Notes: a model not told the origin generated them from the letters alone. A DNA stretch of 64,000 nucleotides from Candidatus Aminicenantes bacterium (GCA_011772495.1 WVZL01000016.1:228499-292498), one strand, 5' to 3'. Positions 1 to 9,842 are shown, counted from the stretch's first letter. Numbers and translations are program-made.

Positions 1-278
1 GGGATGAAACTTCTAAAACAGGCCCAGCAGGCTGGTATAAAAAACACAAGACTTTCTGCTCAGCTCCATAAAATCTACGGCTTACGATAGATCTAGCCCA
101 CCAATTAACAGGTTTATAAGAGCCCAAGGGTAGAATAATCCAGGTGTTTAAGAGTCCAGGTGCATAAGAAATAAAAAAATTCACCCCGCAATTCACCACA
201 AGAGGGGATTGACCTATCCTGGAAGCTCTGCCAAAATCCTTCCTAAGAAACAAGATGAATCATAAAAAGGGAATCTAA

Positions 279-821
279 GTGAAAAAAGACGGGTTCACGG
301 TATGGGAATTGATAGTCGCATTAGTGATTTTAGGCCTTCTCCTGGCTGTATTGATTCCTCTCTATCTGAACGCCAAACAGAGAGCTACGCAGAGATCGAC
401 CATGGCTGATATGCGGATGTGGGGAGAAGCCGTGGCCCTCTATATCGAGGAGAATTCCGTTGCTCCCCCTAGCCCAAGAGGCATGCTCAATTACAAAAAA
501 ACGATCATAAAAGAGCTGACGCCTTACCTCAAAGCCATTCGCGTCGTAGACTGGTGGGGTCACTTCTTTTACGCGTGGACAAGAGAGGGTGACAACTGGT
601 ATGGAATACCGGCCACCACCGATAAAGATTTCATCATCGCTTCCCGCGGAAAAGAAGGACTTCAAGAGGGCTGGAAATACGAACCGAAAAACCCTGAGTC
701 AGGATATTTTGAAATAAATAAGTATAAAGATTTCGAGAGAGACCTGGTTTTCTGGAATAATAAATTTATTCGCTGCCCAAAATCAAAAAAGCAACCCGCT
801 GGGTCTGAGAGTGTAAACTGA
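279..821 (+). CDS. Prepilin-type N-terminal cleavage/methylation domain protein (type IV pilin / GspG-like pseudopilin)
   Basis: The N-terminus MKKDG|FTVWELIVALVILGLLLAV fits the class III signal: a Gly at the cleavage site, Phe at +1, Glu at +5, then a hydrophobic helix. It uses a GTG start. The rest is a soluble domain of about 150 aa. Confidence 0.8.
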   Translation: MKKDGFTVWELIVALVILGLLLAVLIPLYLNAKQRATQRSTMADMRMWGEAVALYIEENSVAPPSPRGMLNYKKTIIKELTPYLKAIRVVDWWGHFFYAWTREGDNWYGIPATTDKDFIIASRGKEGLQEGWKYEPKNPESGYFEINKYKDFERDLVFWNNKFIRCPKSKKQPAGSESVN

Positions 822-864
822 AAATCTATTTATCGAACGAGACATCTGATTTACTTCGTATCAA

Positions 865-2775
865 ATGAAAGCCAGAACGACAAGGATGAAAGAAGGAGAG
901 TTCAACTCAAGAAGGGAATTTCTGTTTTCCTTTTTGGCCGGATTAGTCTTGAGCACGGGTTTTTGGGTGGTAGAAGTTGCCCTCTTTCTTATCTCCAAAC
1001 TCCGCCAGCCTGGAATCTGGTTCTACCTGCCCCTTAAAATCTGGCTTCTTTACTTAAGTACAGGAATAACTTTGGCTGCTCTCAGCTGGATAGCGAGTCT
1101 ATTAGTCTTAAAGAGAGGCAAACGCACCTTAGATAAATTCAGGAGTGTGTTCGGCTCGATATTCATTTCTTCTTTTTTAACCATATATTTGTTGGCCCTT
1201 TATCAACGAGTTTTTCATCATTTTTTGGAAGGAATTTTTTACTTTCTCAATATGCTAATCATCCTGCTCATTTCTGTATTAGTTGGGTGGCTGCTATCCA
1301 GATCCCCACGGCGAATTGCCAAACTCTTAAAAATTTCGCTCATTTCTGTTGCTGCGAGTGCTTCTTTTCTCATCCTTTTCCTGACGGTTTTTGATATCAA
1401 TGCCAAATTCTTTCCTAAAGTCACTGCTGGCTATCAGCGTCATGCTCAGTCCAAGCCCAATGTCGTGCTCATCATCATAGATGCGCTAAGAGCCGACCAT
1501 CTCAGCTGTTTGGGATACAGCAAAATTGAAACGCCGAATATCGACCGGATTGCCCGCGAAGGCGTTCTCTTTGCCGATTGCATTGCTCAGGCTCCTTGGA
1601 CTTTGCCCAGCATGGGTTCGATTTTGACCTCGAGATACCCTTCCCAGCATGGAGCTGAGATGCAGCAGATCAGAAAAGGCCTTAACCCTGATGATGTGAT
1701 TGTCCTAAGAGAGGGATTCCTTTATGAAGAAAATACAACCTTAGCCGAACTCCTTAAAGAAGATGCTTACTATACCCTAGCGCTTCAACCGAATATCACT
1801 GCTGGTACCTCGGTCGGATTTAATCAAGGATTTGATTTTCACTTTGACTGTCATAAATACAAAAACCTGCTCCTTGAGAGGATCGCGGGCTGGATATCAA
1901 ACAGAAAAATTTCCCGAGTGTTCTATCCAAGTTTTAAATACGCCAAGGATGAAAAAGTCGTAAATTATATGAAAAACTGGGTAGAAATCAATCATCATAA
2001 GCAATTTTTCATGAGCATTCTTCTTTTTGATTGTCATGAATATCATCTGAAAGAAAGAGTAAAGAAAGAGAAATATTATATTCCATCAGTGGAGCTTTAT
2101 GATAACGAGATCAAGAAAACCGATGAGCATATCGGAGAAATTTATGATTTTCTGAAGAAAATGGGCATTCTTGACCAGACAATACTCGTTCTGCTCTCTG
2201 ATCATGGCGAAGAATTCGGAGACCACGGGGGATATGACAGAGGATACGAGTATGAATATGACAGCGGAAAAATGCACGCTCACACCTTATATGATGAAAT
2301 CCTCCGCATTCCGTTGATCATCAGATACCCTAAAAAAATTAAGGGAAATAAGATAGTGAATCAACAAGTCAGAAGCATCGATATACTGCCAACGATCCTT
2401 TCCCTCCTGGATATCTCTTATGAGGGAACATTCGAGGGCCTTGATTTGTCCAGGAATAATTTTACCCCAGAAGACAACCTTAAGGCCTACAGCGAATCCA
2501 TCCTCGAGGGCGCCGAAAAGAAATCTTTAAGGACTAAGGAGTGGAAGTTGATCTACCATCCCGTAAGTCAGAGATATGAATTGTACAATCTTGCCCAAGA
2601 CCCTGAAGAGAAGGTGAACTTGGTCCGCCAAGAGGAGCGAGTCTTCGCTTCCCTTAAAAATGAATTGTTCTCCTGGATGGAAAGGATGCCCAAAGAGGAA
2701 ACCAAGGCCAAGAAGAAGCGCAAATTATCTGAAGAGGAAATTGAGGCTCTAAAAGCTCTAGGATACATAAAATAA
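865..2775 (+). CDS. Membrane-anchored sulfatase-family protein (alkaline phosphatase superfamily), with Thr in place of the formylglycine Cys/Ser
   Basis: The N-terminal ~190 aa is multi-TM. The catalytic domain follows: VVLIIIDALRADHL, TPNIDRIAREGVLF, APWTLPSMGSILTSRYPSQHG and LLSDHGEEFGDHG. The canonical C/S-x-P-S-R motif reads T-L-P-S-M here. Confidence 0.8.
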   Translation: MKARTTRMKEGEFNSRREFLFSFLAGLVLSTGFWVVEVALFLISKLRQPGIWFYLPLKIWLLYLSTGITLAALSWIASLLVLKRGKRTLDKFRSVFGSIFISSFLTIYLLALYQRVFHHFLEGIFYFLNMLIILLISVLVGWLLSRSPRRIAKLLKISLISVAASASFLILFLTVFDINAKFFPKVTAGYQRHAQSKPNVVLIIIDALRADHLSCLGYSKIETPNIDRIAREGVLFADCIAQAPWTLPSMGSILTSRYPSQHGAEMQQIRKGLNPDDVIVLREGFLYEENTTLAELLKEDAYYTLALQPNITAGTSVGFNQGFDFHFDCHKYKNLLLERIAGWISNRKISRVFYPSFKYAKDEKVVNYMKNWVEINHHKQFFMSILLFDCHEYHLKERVKKEKYYIPSVELYDNEIKKTDEHIGEIYDFLKKMGILDQTILVLLSDHGEEFGDHGGYDRGYEYEYDSGKMHAHTLYDEILRIPLIIRYPKKIKGNKIVNQQVRSIDILPTILSLLDISYEGTFEGLDLSRNNFTPEDNLKAYSESILEGAEKKSLRTKEWKLIYHPVSQRYELYNLAQDPEEKVNLVRQEERVFASLKNELFSWMERMPKEETKAKKKRKLSEEEIEALKALGYIK

Positions 2776-2837
2776 TTCTAAAATGAGTCATTTCGTTCAC
2801 CCCCAGACCGTACAGCCCCTGGATTCTTAAACAGCCA

Positions 2838-4439
2838 ATGCGAGAGAAAAAAACCTATTCCCTGATTCTGCTGGCCCTTATCATAGCCGCCTTTCATCAG
2901 GGTCTTTTCTTAAACTGGACCAACGACGATGCGTACATTTCCTACCGGTACGCACAAAATATAAAAGCAGGAAAGGGATTGGTCTTCAATCCCGGTGAAA
3001 AGGTGGAGGGTTTTTCCAATTTCCTCTGGGTGATCATCCTAGCTTCCTTCAATCTCCTCGGCATTTCATCCCTTCTAGCCTCCAAAATCCTCTCTTTTTG
3101 CCTTTCCTGGCTATTGATACTTCTCCTCTTCAAAACTGGGCTGGTCTTGGGGCTAGACAAATTCTCGGCCTGTCTTTGTGCCTTAGCCTTTTCCTTCTCC
3201 AGCAGCCTGGCTTATTTTGCGATGTCAGGATTGGAAACGATATTTTATACTCTTCTTTTGCTACTCAGTATACTCATCAACGAAAAATACCAACAAGAAC
3301 CCAATATAAAATCACTCTTTCTTCTGTACAGCGCCCTACTGGCGGCAGCGCTCACTCGGCCTGAAGGCCTTCTCTTTCTTCTAATGTCTTCAGGTTACCA
3401 TCTCCTGAAAAAAATCATTCCAGGAAAAGGGATTCGGCTAAAGAATATCCTTCAAATCCAATTATTATTCCTTTTCTTATATGCTTCTCTCATTCTCCTC
3501 AGACATTGGTATTACGGGGACCTACTGCCCAATACATTCTATGCTAAGCCTCAAGGGACATTCGTTGAAATCGGGTACAGCGCTTTCTTCTCCAATTTCA
3601 TCAATGCTCTATTCTCTGGATCCTTTCTCCTGATTCCCCTACTTTTCCTCTTCACTAAGAGGAGATACCTAACAAAATATCTTTACCCTCTTCTCTTCTG
3701 CCTCGGACAAATGGTCTTCATGTCCTATGCTGGGGACTGGATGGCCTTTGGCCGCTTCTTCATGCCAGTTCTGCCGATAGTGTTGGTCTTGACCTTTGTT
3801 CTTCTAGGTTTGATCAAGGTGAATTCAGAAAAATCGAGCGTGAAGCTGGCCTTGAAATTTATTTCTGTCTACCTTTTAGCGATTTTGGCCGGGTTAAATG
3901 CCTTCCAGACAGGAAAAGCCCTGCATAACCAAGACGCCTATCCCTACCTAGTCATGAATTCTTCCCTGCTTATTCAGACTGGGAAATGGCTGAACCAGGC
4001 TTTTCCGCCAGAAACCGTCCTCTCTCTGCGCAGGCAGGGTGCTGTGCCCTATTATTCAGGAATGAAATCTATCGATATCCTGGGACTTACCGAAAAGGAA
4101 ATCGCCAGCACATTGTATAACGAGAAAGATGCCCTAAAAGCAAACAAAACCAACGCCGAATTCATCCTAAGGCAGAGACCTGAGGTGGTGATCCTGTTCT
4201 CCTCTGTTTCCCTTTATGACGGTTGGATGTATGATGAATCCAATCCAGAAGATAGATTTTTTCATCTTGAATATCTCCTTTACCAAGGAGCAGTCCGAGC
4301 AGGTTACCAGGTTCTGAATTCAATACCCTTCGGGAAGAGTGAAACAATGCACATTCTGGTTGCCTCAAGTGAAGATTTATCAAACTTAAGAACAAGCTCA
4401 GAACAACTGGCCGAGAAATTATCGTTGCCGAGAGAATAG
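2838..4439 (+). CDS. GT-C fold, polyprenyl-phosphate-sugar-dependent glycosyltransferase-like integral membrane protein
   Basis: It is a polytopic membrane protein of more than 10 hydrophobic segments. The acidic motif NWTNDDAYISYRYAQNIKAGKGLVFNPGEKVEGFSNFLW follows TM1, which is typical of ArnT/Emb/Aft-like GT-C enzymes. It has a soluble C-terminal domain of about 150 aa. Confidence 0.55.
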   Translation: MREKKTYSLILLALIIAAFHQGLFLNWTNDDAYISYRYAQNIKAGKGLVFNPGEKVEGFSNFLWVIILASFNLLGISSLLASKILSFCLSWLLILLLFKTGLVLGLDKFSACLCALAFSFSSSLAYFAMSGLETIFYTLLLLLSILINEKYQQEPNIKSLFLLYSALLAAALTRPEGLLFLLMSSGYHLLKKIIPGKGIRLKNILQIQLLFLFLYASLILLRHWYYGDLLPNTFYAKPQGTFVEIGYSAFFSNFINALFSGSFLLIPLLFLFTKRRYLTKYLYPLLFCLGQMVFMSYAGDWMAFGRFFMPVLPIVLVLTFVLLGLIKVNSEKSSVKLALKFISVYLLAILAGLNAFQTGKALHNQDAYPYLVMNSSLLIQTGKWLNQAFPPETVLSLRRQGAVPYYSGMKSIDILGLTEKEIASTLYNEKDALKANKTNAEFILRQRPEVVILFSSVSLYDGWMYDESNPEDRFFHLEYLLYQGAVRAGYQVLNSIPFGKSETMHILVASSEDLSNLRTSSEQLAEKLSLPRE

Positions 4440-4440
4440 C

Positions 4441-5742
4441 ATGGGCTTTACTTCCTTGAAGATGATACTGAAAAAAGAGATTAAAAAAGAAGAGATCTAC
4501 AGTTTCATCGATAGGATCGTCTATAGCCGCTTTTTCAAAAAGAAATTCTTTCTGGTGGCTTTCACCATCCTCTTGCTGATCATCTTCTGGTTTCAAGTCT
4601 TGCCTCATTTTTATACCTGGGATACGGATTCTCCTTCCTTCTACACGGCCGCTAAGGGAACCCTTGAACATGTCAATATTTACGATCAGAAAGAGTTCCA
4701 AACATTGGCCAATTCTCTATTTGGCCGAAGCCTAGTCGTATATCCCTACCTCTACTGGCCGATACTGGCTCAACTTTATGCCCCGTTGACCGTGCTTGGT
4801 TATTCGGCCTATTCGCAGTTCATACTCATCCTGAACATCCTTCTACTTTTCCTCTCCATGTATTTGATTTATTCCCTGCTGGAGCTTAAGAACAGAAAAA
4901 CAAACCTCCCGCTGGTATTTCTTTTCTTGACAATCTTAGTGAACAACCCTCTGGAAACAACTCTCCACCATGGGCAGGTCAACATCTTGGTCTTTGTGCT
5001 CATTCTTCTCGCCGCGTGGTTATTGAAATACGACCATGAGTATGCCTCTTCTTTATTGTTATGCCTGGCTGTTTACATAAAAATATACCCTATCCTCTTT
5101 TTGATCCTGTTCGTCTTCCAGAAGAGATACAGATACCTGGTTTACTCGGTCATCAACTCCATAGCCATTTTCTTGGTCTCAGTTCTCCTTTTCTCGCTGG
5201 ATTCATGGCTTGAATTCGTCAGGATGGGTTTAGGCAATCTTTTCTACGGAACAAAACCTGAATTTTTCTTTGATTATAACGCCCAATGGGGAAACTGTTC
5301 CCTCAACGGCTTTATTTCCCAAATTTTCATAAAATATGATATATCCCGAGGCTATGTTATGCCGATAGTCCTCGTTCTCCTTATCATTTGTTTTTTCTTG
5401 TTCAAATCTAAAATCAAGCAACTTTTGAAGAGCAAAGACCTTAATCTGGATATCTCCTTTATCCTCCCCTTGAGTCTAATTTTTTCGACAATTTCCTGGA
5501 ATCATCATTACATTATTATGATCTTTCCCCTAAATTTTCTGTTCTATAGAATCATTTCGGAAAGAAGGTATAATTATCTGCTTCCCTGTTTGTTCTTCGC
5601 CTATACAATTCTCCTCCATCCTCGCGGTGGGGGATTTCCCTTCAACCAGATTCTGTTTTTCTCTACGGTTCTTTTCCTAGGTCTATTGTATCTCTATCAT
5701 TTCACCAGGAGTTCGTTGAACCGAAGAACAGAAAAAATATAA
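4441..5742 (+). CDS. DUF2029 / GT87-like (PimE-type) polyprenyl-phosphate-dependent glycosyltransferase membrane protein
   Basis: It is polytopic and carries HHGQVNILVFVLILLAAWLL and YIKIYPILFL segments, which are characteristic of DUF2029/GT87. Its start lies 2 nt after the upstream stop, suggesting translational coupling. Confidence 0.55.
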   Translation: MGFTSLKMILKKEIKKEEIYSFIDRIVYSRFFKKKFFLVAFTILLLIIFWFQVLPHFYTWDTDSPSFYTAAKGTLEHVNIYDQKEFQTLANSLFGRSLVVYPYLYWPILAQLYAPLTVLGYSAYSQFILILNILLLFLSMYLIYSLLELKNRKTNLPLVFLFLTILVNNPLETTLHHGQVNILVFVLILLAAWLLKYDHEYASSLLLCLAVYIKIYPILFLILFVFQKRYRYLVYSVINSIAIFLVSVLLFSLDSWLEFVRMGLGNLFYGTKPEFFFDYNAQWGNCSLNGFISQIFIKYDISRGYVMPIVLVLLIICFFLFKSKIKQLLKSKDLNLDISFILPLSLIFSTISWNHHYIIMIFPLNFLFYRIISERRYNYLLPCLFFAYTILLHPRGGGFPFNQILFFSTVLFLGLLYLYHFTRSSLNRRTEKI

Positions 5743-5803
5743 TCAGCAGCCGACTCTTAAGATTTCATTCAGGGAAGGAAGAGGTTGAAATTAAATGAGG
5801 CCT

Positions 5804-6880
5804 TCAATATCTCTGCCACAGACCGCCCCATTCTGTCTTGCGAAACTCTTTTATCCTTTTTCGTCCCACCGTGGGATACCAGAGAAAATCATGATAGAGA
5901 TTGCTGGCCAGAGGAGCCCAAACGATCAAGGGCGTGTGCAGGAGAAGCTTCTCCAGGGGCTTGAGAAAACCTTTTCTCAGCATCTGATCACCCCAGATAA
6001 CTACACTTCTCTTTACTCTGAACTGGAAATTGACCTCAGAGATGTCCTCGCCGATGACTTCTATTTCCCTAGGGTCACCAACTCCCAATCCTTTCTCATG
6101 GCACATCCTTAGGTAAGGAATGTTCAGCGGCTCAAACCCCATGATTTGGGCTGATATGGCATCGATGGCTACCGAATCTGAACTGGCCAGGATGAAATTC
6201 TTGATCTTGGGTTTCATGGTCCTGGGACCGGCTCCGTCACCACAAACCGTTCCATCCATCACACAAAATATTCCAGGGTGGAGCTCTTGCTGCATGATGA
6301 GCAAATCCACCAGGACTTCATGAATATATTTATGGGCAAAATGTCTGACTTCCTTCAGTAGGCCTCCGAAAGCATTCTTGATGGCTCCGGTGGTCATCGA
6401 ATGGCCGTGGGTCTTGACAGTAGGAAGATGAATGACATTTTTTCCGATGAACATCTTGGGAATCTCGATTCCTTCCGGAAAAATCTGATTTAATCTCAGC
6501 AATTTGTTCTTGAATTCGTACTTAACCCATTCGACATCAGGTAGAGGAAAATATTTCAGATCATGTTTTTGCAGTATGGGAGTCCACTTGTTATTCTTGG
6601 CCCCCTTTACCGGATTGGTGACCACAGTCTTGTTCTCGACCGGGAATAGCATTTCCTTCTGGTATCCATCCTGTAAGAGGGTCCTGACGACTCCTTCTAG
6701 CTGCCAGGGCTGGCTGGAACAGGAGGGGAAATACTTTGTCCAGGACAGATTGAGTTTAATTAAAGTATCGGTATTTTTAGGAACAGAATCCTTATAATCC
6801 ACTGCCTGCATCAATTTCTGGTAATCATCGAGAATTGTCTCGGGAGAGGTCTTCAAGACCGCGACTTTCGATTTCAGCAT
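5804..6880 (-). CDS. DUF362 domain-containing protein
   Basis: The protein begins KVAVLKTSPETILDDYQKLM, followed by KLNLSW and HLPTVKTHGHSMTTGAIKNAFGGLL. This layout is typical of DUF362. It abuts the upstream UbiA-family gene with no gap. Confidence 0.6.
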   Translation of the reverse strand: MLKSKVAVLKTSPETILDDYQKLMQAVDYKDSVPKNTDTLIKLNLSWTKYFPSCSSQPWQLEGVVRTLLQDGYQKEMLFPVENKTVVTNPVKGAKNNKWTPILQKHDLKYFPLPDVEWVKYEFKNKLLRLNQIFPEGIEIPKMFIGKNVIHLPTVKTHGHSMTTGAIKNAFGGLLKEVRHFAHKYIHEVLVDLLIMQQELHPGIFCVMDGTVCGDGAGPRTMKPKIKNFILASSDSVAIDAISAQIMGFEPLNIPYLRMCHEKGLGVGDPREIEVIGEDISEVNFQFRVKRSVVIWGDQMLRKGFLKPLEKLLLHTPLIVWAPLASNLYHDFLWYPTVGRKRIKEFRKTEWGGLWQRY

Positions 6881-7759
6881 TTACCTAGCGCTAAGATAAA
6901 GAATAATAACTGCGGCAGCTATCCAAAGAAAAATATCGATCAAGAGAGGTTTGTCTTTGATGATCAGAGCTTCGGGGCTGCCTCCTTCGGATTTCTGATG
7001 AATGAGGTAAAGATAGCGAAAGATGCCGTAAAGGACAAAAGGGACGGTAAAGATGAGATTAGATGTTCCGAACTTGGTCACGGTTTCTTCAGAAATGGTG
7101 TAAAGGCAGTAGGCAATCACCGTGGAGGCAGTCACCACGGCGATCATCTGGTCCAACAGGTAGGGGCTGTATTCTTCAAGAATCGGGCGGTGATCGCTGG
7201 CTTCATCCTCGAGCAGGACAAGCTCGTGTCTTCTCTTGCTCAAAGCCAGGAAAAGGGCCAGCAGGATAGTGCAGATAAGAAGCCAGGAAGATAATGACAC
7301 CTCTATAGCCAGCCCTCCAGCCACCACGCGGATGAGGAAGCCCAGCGCAACCACAAATACATCGAGGATGACGATGTGCTTCAGCTTGAGGGAATAAGCC
7401 ATTTGAATCAAGAAATAGACCAGGATAATGATGAAGTAATTCTTATTCAGGGTGAAGGCCGAGCTAAAACCCAGTAATCCAAGGATGACTATCATCAGAA
7501 GGGCCGTTGACTTCTTGATCTTTCCTGAAGCAATAGGCCTTTTAGATTTTAGGGGATGGAGTTTATCCTCCTCCAGGTCTTTCAGGTCGTTAAAAACATA
7601 CAGAGCGCTGGAAATAAGGCAGAAGGCGCTGAAAGCTATAGTGGTTTTTAAAAGTAGAGGAAGGTTAAAGATGTTCTGAGAAAAGATCAAGGCAGCGTAA
7701 ATGAAAAAATTCTTTGTCCACTGGTGAGGACGCATGGACCGGATGATATCTTTGATCAT
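6881..7759 (-). CDS. UbiA-family decaprenyl-phosphate 5-phosphoribosyltransferase-like enzyme (Rv3806c/DPPR synthase subfamily)
   Basis: From memory it aligns block by block with M. tuberculosis Rv3806c. RPHQWTKN matches RPRQWVKN. YVFNDLKDLEEDKLHPLKSKRPIASG matches YLVNDVRDVEADREHPTKRFRPIAAG. QMAYSLKLKH..LIRVVAGG matches QLAYCFGLKH..LIRAIAGG. LEEYS matches LESYT. Confidence 0.8.
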   Translation of the reverse strand: MIKDIIRSMRPHQWTKNFFIYAALIFSQNIFNLPLLLKTTIAFSAFCLISSALYVFNDLKDLEEDKLHPLKSKRPIASGKIKKSTALLMIVILGLLGFSSAFTLNKNYFIIILVYFLIQMAYSLKLKHIVILDVFVVALGFLIRVVAGGLAIEVSLSSWLLICTILLALFLALSKRRHELVLLEDEASDHRPILEEYSPYLLDQMIAVVTASTVIAYCLYTISEETVTKFGTSNLIFTVPFVLYGIFRYLYLIHQKSEGGSPEALIIKDKPLLIDIFLWIAAAVIILYLSAR

Positions 7760-7922
7760 CGGATTAACTTTCTATCTTTATATCTTTTTTCACTCAATAA
7801 TTCAAATAAACTCATTGGGGTCAGGCCTTTATAATTCTTATAATTGTTTGGGTTTGACATATTGAATCATTTTTTTTTAACTTCAATTCAAAAAGTCAAA
7901 AAGGCCTAATCCTATTGTATTT

Positions 7923-8888
7923 CTAGTCTGATCCCGTTGTTTTCGTTGTTTTCAGAAAAAAGCGATATCCCGACCGAGTGAGATAAACGCCGGCAAAAAT
8001 GATCAAAGCCCCCATTATTTGCAGAAGAGTCAACTTTTCGGAAAGAAAGATATAAGCAGATATGACTGCAAAAACTGGAGTAATATTCCCGTAGATGGCT
8101 GTCTTGCTGTTTCCCACCCGCTTTACAGATGCATACCAGATGACATAGGAAATAGCTATGGCAAAAAGGCCGGAGTAGACAAGAGCAGCCCAGGCCTGAA
8201 AAGACACTTCATTCCAGCCGAGCTGCATTATATCTTTGGCTGAAAAAGGGAGATAAAAAAATGTTCCGACAGCCAGAGTAAGCGTTGTGAATTTCAGGGG
8301 AGGTATTCTCTGCAGGAGGGGCTTCGAAAAAACTGTATAGATGGCCCAAGAAATGTTCCCGGCTAGGATTAAAAAATCTCCCCTTAAGCTCTGCCATTCA
8401 AAACGAAAGGTTCCAGCCTGTTTGGTCATGACGAAATAGAAACCAATAAAGGAAATTAAAATTCCCAGCCATCCTGCCCAATGTATCTTCTCGTGCTTTA
8501 AAGAGGTGCTCAACAGAGCCACGAATACAGGGGTCATGGCCATGACGAGGGAAGTGTTGGAAGCGGTCGTCCAATTCAATCCGTGGATGAAAAACAACTG
8601 GAAGATCGTATTGCCGATCAGGCCGAGAACAAAAATTTTCCATAAATCCGATCTTGGGATCGAGAAACCTTCCCGGCTGATCAAAAGAATAATTATTAAG
8701 ATTATGGAGGCAAAAAGCAAACGAATCCCGTTGAACCCCAAAGGAGAGAATTCCCGAAGCGCTATCTTGACAAAAGAGAAGTTCACCGCCCAGAGCAATA
8801 CAGCTACCAGCATGAAAACATCGGTGCCGCCAAACTTCTTGGGTTCTTCCATGTGAAAGGAGAAATATAGCATAACTAGCCTGGCCAA
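7923..8888 (-). CDS. EamA/DMT superfamily transporter
   Basis: It has about 10 TM segments in two EamA-like halves and reads like the drug/metabolite transporter family (FSFVKIALREFSPLGFNGIRLL ...). The true start may be the internal Met at MEEPKKF. Confidence 0.8.
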   Translation of the reverse strand: MARLVMLYFSFHMEEPKKFGGTDVFMLVAVLLWAVNFSFVKIALREFSPLGFNGIRLLFASIILIIILLISREGFSIPRSDLWKIFVLGLIGNTIFQLFFIHGLNWTTASNTSLVMAMTPVFVALLSTSLKHEKIHWAGWLGILISFIGFYFVMTKQAGTFRFEWQSLRGDFLILAGNISWAIYTVFSKPLLQRIPPLKFTTLTLAVGTFFYLPFSAKDIMQLGWNEVSFQAWAALVYSGLFAIAISYVIWYASVKRVGNSKTAIYGNITPVFAVISAYIFLSEKLTLLQIMGALIIFAGVYLTRSGYRFFLKTTKTTGSD

Positions 8889-9098
8889 TAAAAGCTGATT
8901 ATCCGCTCTTGAAGATTCGTTCCAGGTGGCAGAAAGAGATTTTGTATTGTCACACTAAAAAATTTAGCTTATTATCCTATTGCCTTGGATTCCAGGTCTT
9001 TTACTCTGACAGGGATTCTTTCCGTGAATGTGCCTGAGTAACAGAGAATTGTCTTCCTGATGAAGCATTCACAGGTCTTTCCTTGGAGGCCTTAAGAG

Positions 9099-9842
9099 AT
9101 GAACAAAAAAGAATACTATCTCCAAGAACTAAAAAAACTAAAAGACTGGAAACCATACTTACTCCAAGAATCACAACTTCCGGGAAGACGGGCCAACCTT
9201 GAACTGCTGCAAGCAGCCGTGGACCTGGGCAGCGAAAGACTGTTTAATGAATTGAGGAGATACGATGCCCGAAGAGCACCCACCAATTCTCCTTACGAAT
9301 TCCTGGCCATGTGTGGCGTGGTCGGGCTGGGAAAACTCATCATAGAAGGGGAAGAAAGATATTTTAATGAATTGCGCTGCTATGCTTCTGACTCTCGCTG
9401 GCGAATACGCGAAGGCGTCGCCTTTGCCCTGCAAATCGTCGGGAAGAAAAGTCCGAAGAAATTACTGGAAGAAATGGAAGAGTGGAAAAAGGGAAATCCA
9501 TACGAAAAAAGAGCGGTGGCGGCCGGCTTATGCGAACCAGGAATACTGAAGGAAAAATGGTTTATAAAAAGAGTTTTTGAAATGTTAGATACAATGACCT
9601 CTTCCGTAGAAAACATAAAAGATCGCCAAGATGAAGGATTTCGAGTGTTAAAGAAAGGATTGAGCTACTGCTGGAGTGTGGCTGTTGTGTCCTTTCCCCA
9701 AGAGGGAAAGAAATATATGGAAAAATGGATACAGTACAAAGACCAGGATATTGGGTGGATAATGAAAGAGAATCTGAAGAAGAACAGGCTTCAGAGAATG
9801 GATGCCAGCTGGGTTGCAGGAATGAAGGCCAACCTAGATTGA
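9099..9842 (+). CDS. Hypothetical alpha-helical (HEAT/AlkD-like repeat) protein
   Basis: It is a long ORF with no competing frame and helical-repeat-like sequence (RWRIREGVAFALQ..., EKRAVAAGLCEP). The family assignment is uncertain. Confidence 0.4.
   Translation: MNKKEYYLQELKKLKDWKPYLLQESQLPGRRANLELLQAAVDLGSERLFNELRRYDARRAPTNSPYEFLAMCGVVGLGKLIIEGEERYFNELRCYASDSRWRIREGVAFALQIVGKKSPKKLLEEMEEWKKGNPYEKRAVAAGLCEPGILKEKWFIKRVFEMLDTMTSSVENIKDRQDEGFRVLKKGLSYCWSVAVVSFPQEGKKYMEKWIQYKDQDIGWIMKENLKKNRLQRMDASWVAGMKANLD

Noticed and set aside
1-90. A possible 3' end of an upstream gene (frame 1 reads ...KLLKQAQQAGIKNTRLSAQLHKIYGLR*)
   Set aside because: Only about 29 codons are visible and there is no recognisable motif, so it cannot be supported from this window.
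4162-4701. A long antisense ORF (179 aa), and many similar 60-170 aa ORFs in the track (for example 330-665, 15107-15466, 33795-34313, 50268-50735, 58121-58579)
   Set aside because: Each lies entirely within, and antisense to or out of frame with, a longer ORF that has clear family motifs. None shows a recognisable motif.
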